A DNA stretch of 64,000 nucleotides from Epithemia pelagica (taxonomy: Eukaryota; Protista; Bacillariophyta). Positions 62,203-64,000 of this stretch are shown here, one piece after another. Made by a program: the position numbers and the translations under genes. Where the stretch lies: assembly GCA_946965045.2 (NCBI GenBank), contig OX337229.1, forward strand, positions 372,001 to 436,000, given 5' to 3'. The number at the start of each line of letters is the position of its first letter. Position 1 is the first letter of the stretch. Under the pieces are notes generated by a model. It saw nothing but the letters and a program-made list of their open reading frames with translations, was not told the origin of the DNA and ran no database searches.

Positions 62203-63018
62203 TTGAATCGAGAGAAGTTTATCAGATTAACAGTCTCATCGTTTATTTCCGAGAAGCTTTCGATGTCTCACGACGATTCCAACCTCTCTATTCGACACAT
62301 CTTTCATTCCTTCCAACAAAGCGGGGAGGAACTCCATCCACCCGTGGCCCATCCGGGCGAGCCCTTGATTGAAACTCCGAAACCGACCCCGACTCAGGCC
62401 AGTGCTCCGAATCCCTTCCAGACTCCGGACCAAGTGGTCCAGCCTCCTTCGATCCCGACTCAACCTTCGACTCCGCCTCGCCGTTTGAACCCTACTCGCA
62501 CCCGACGTACGAGCCGTCTTCTTACTGCGCATATCCGACACTTCCGCGAGCCGACTGAGTCGACTACCGACCCCGACGTGATCCGTTCCACAACCGAACG
62601 CGAGATCGATTTCCAGTCCGTACAACCCGTGACTGACCTTGAGGACATCCAACGACTTCTCGACCTCTTGAACCAGTGCTCGAGACGCCGTTTCATTGTC
62701 CAAGCCCTGTTGGGCAACCCTGTGGAACCCATCCGTATTCGATTCATCTCCTTTGAACGTCCAACCAACTACTTCCACACCATCTGGATCGTCAACTCGA
62801 CGACGAATCCGCTACCTACCCCGACTACTCGTCTCGACGAGTACGTCTCCTTTGTTCACGAGATCCATCTCTGCCAGGATTTCCGTGCGACTATCTACCC
62901 TCTCTTCACTCAACACGTGAACCACTTGTTGGAAGACGACGACGTTGAAGAACTAGCCACTACAGTGACCGATTCCGCATCTCGTCTTCAGTACCGAGCC
63001 GAAAGTGACCAAGAATAA
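62203..63018 (+). CDS. Unknown 271-aa ORF between the putative LTR and gag
   Basis: Uninterrupted ORF with a Pro/Thr-rich linker and an apparently globular C-terminal half; no family recognised. First ATG in frame is at 62263. Confidence 0.55.
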   Translation: MNREKFIRLTVSSFISEKLSMSHDDSNLSIRHIFHSFQQSGEELHPPVAHPGEPLIETPKPTPTQASAPNPFQTPDQVVQPPSIPTQPSTPPRRLNPTRTRRTSRLLTAHIRHFREPTESTTDPDVIRSTTEREIDFQSVQPVTDLEDIQRLLDLLNQCSRRRFIVQALLGNPVEPIRIRFISFERPTNYFHTIWIVNSTTNPLPTPTTRLDEYVSFVHEIHLCQDFRATIYPLFTQHVNHLLEDDDVEELATTVTDSASRLQYRAESDQE

Positions 63019-63352
63019 GTAACTTTACGTAGTTTCTACACCAAACCAGACACAAGACCGAGTTCCGTCCAAGACTTAAACTCAACGCACATCCGGGTAC
63101 CCTTGGTCGCACAACACGCCACACATTCCCGTCAAATCGCGAAAATTCGGCGAAAATTTGTTGAAACTCGGCGAAAATTTGTCGGAATCAACGGAAATTT
63201 CCAGGAGTCGCACATCACAACACACATCCGGGTATCACATACGTGGTACATACGTGGCACACGTGGTACATCCGGGTTCACATCACATCACACATTAAAT
63301 AAACCACATCACACCGCACATTAAATAAACATCGAACCAACCAAATAACATC

Positions 63353-64000
63353 ATGGAAGCGACACCTCCCAAGACACCGTTTACTCCTCCTGAGGACAAG
63401 TCAAGTCATATAACCGACCAAGATCTCTTCGACCTTATAACTAAAGGCATCTTTGGTTGTAATGATGAACGAGCCCAATCACTTCAAAAGTGGATGCGAC
63501 ATCATGGTTTTGAACATATCCTTCATGTCCTTGACCATGTTGCAACTGATCCCGAGGAGACACTCAAGGATCTCATGCAATACAAGGTTGGAAAGCAAGT
63601 CAACGACTTACAGACAAGTACAAGATTACAACTCAAACTAATGGCATATTGGTTACTACAACAACGGCAACTCCAACATGGAAAACTACCCCGTGCTACA
63701 TGGATGAACCTCACGAGGGACCAATATGACGATTGGAGGATCAACACCGACTTTACCAAGTCTGGTATGAACCAAGACCCAGTTTCTCCTCTGAAATCAC
63801 CTGCACACTCCGTATCATCCCGATCTCCCACTACATCCTCTACAACATCTCAATCCATGTTAGATCTCTCTGCTTTCAAGAAAGGAACCAAAAGAGATGC
63901 AACAGCATTTGAATCATTCAAAGACGAATGATACTTTGATTCGTTTTGGCGTGTATTCAAATCAACTGCGAAAGCACAAGGATTGTCGAATGTTCTTGAT
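63353..64000 (+). pseudogene. gag: CoDi-like Copia gag (5' part) with an in-frame stop at 63929-63931
   Basis: LSAFKKGTKRDATAFESFKDE*YFDSFWRVFKSTAKAQGLSNVLD resembles diatom Copia gag; the frame continues past the TGA. Confidence 0.8.

Larger units (their letters stand above)
61871..64000 (+). mobile_element. 5' part of a Ty1/Copia (CoDi-like) LTR retrotransposon; putative LTR 61871-62063
   Basis: TGTTAT…TTATCA 193-bp segment followed by an extra ORF, a repeat-rich leader and gag. The second LTR is outside the window, so the LTR is unconfirmed. Confidence 0.7.

Overview
Eukaryotic nuclear DNA, inferred to be from a pennate diatom: short GT-AG introns, bipartite 'xxA/G-F' plastid presequences, CoDi-like Copia gag and abundant coding (ACA/CAA)n tracts. 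Two compartments. About 5.8-43 kb is gene-dense: class-3 lipase, OSCA/TMEM63 channel, NmrA-like SDR, a NYN/PIN + metallophosphoesterase + RuvC-like fusion, sulfotransferase-like protein, SLC25A39/40-like carrier, Trm11-like methylase, TTC27, PP2A catalytic subunit, RPL4, 2OG-Fe(II) oxygenase, a PD-(D/E)XK + kinase gene and a plastid NEET protein. About 43-64 kb is dominated by transposons and pseudogenes: several TIR elements with visible target-site duplications (TSDs), a Harbinger-type element carrying a Tyr/His/Asp/Lys-repeat cargo, an hAT deletion derivative, an apparently intact DDE_Tnp_4 transposon whose second ORF looks alpha-crystallin-like, and the 5' part of a Copia element with an extra ORF. 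The first 5.7 kb is also rearranged (GST 5' end, decayed gene, tandem duplication, orphan Hsp90 tail). The best candidates for undescribed biology are the putatively plastid-targeted three-domain nuclease/phosphoesterase fusion (16077-19358) and the two-ORF transposon (57055-60552). All family calls come from motif recognition by eye; no database search was run. Several single-base frameshifts in short homopolymers may be assembly errors.
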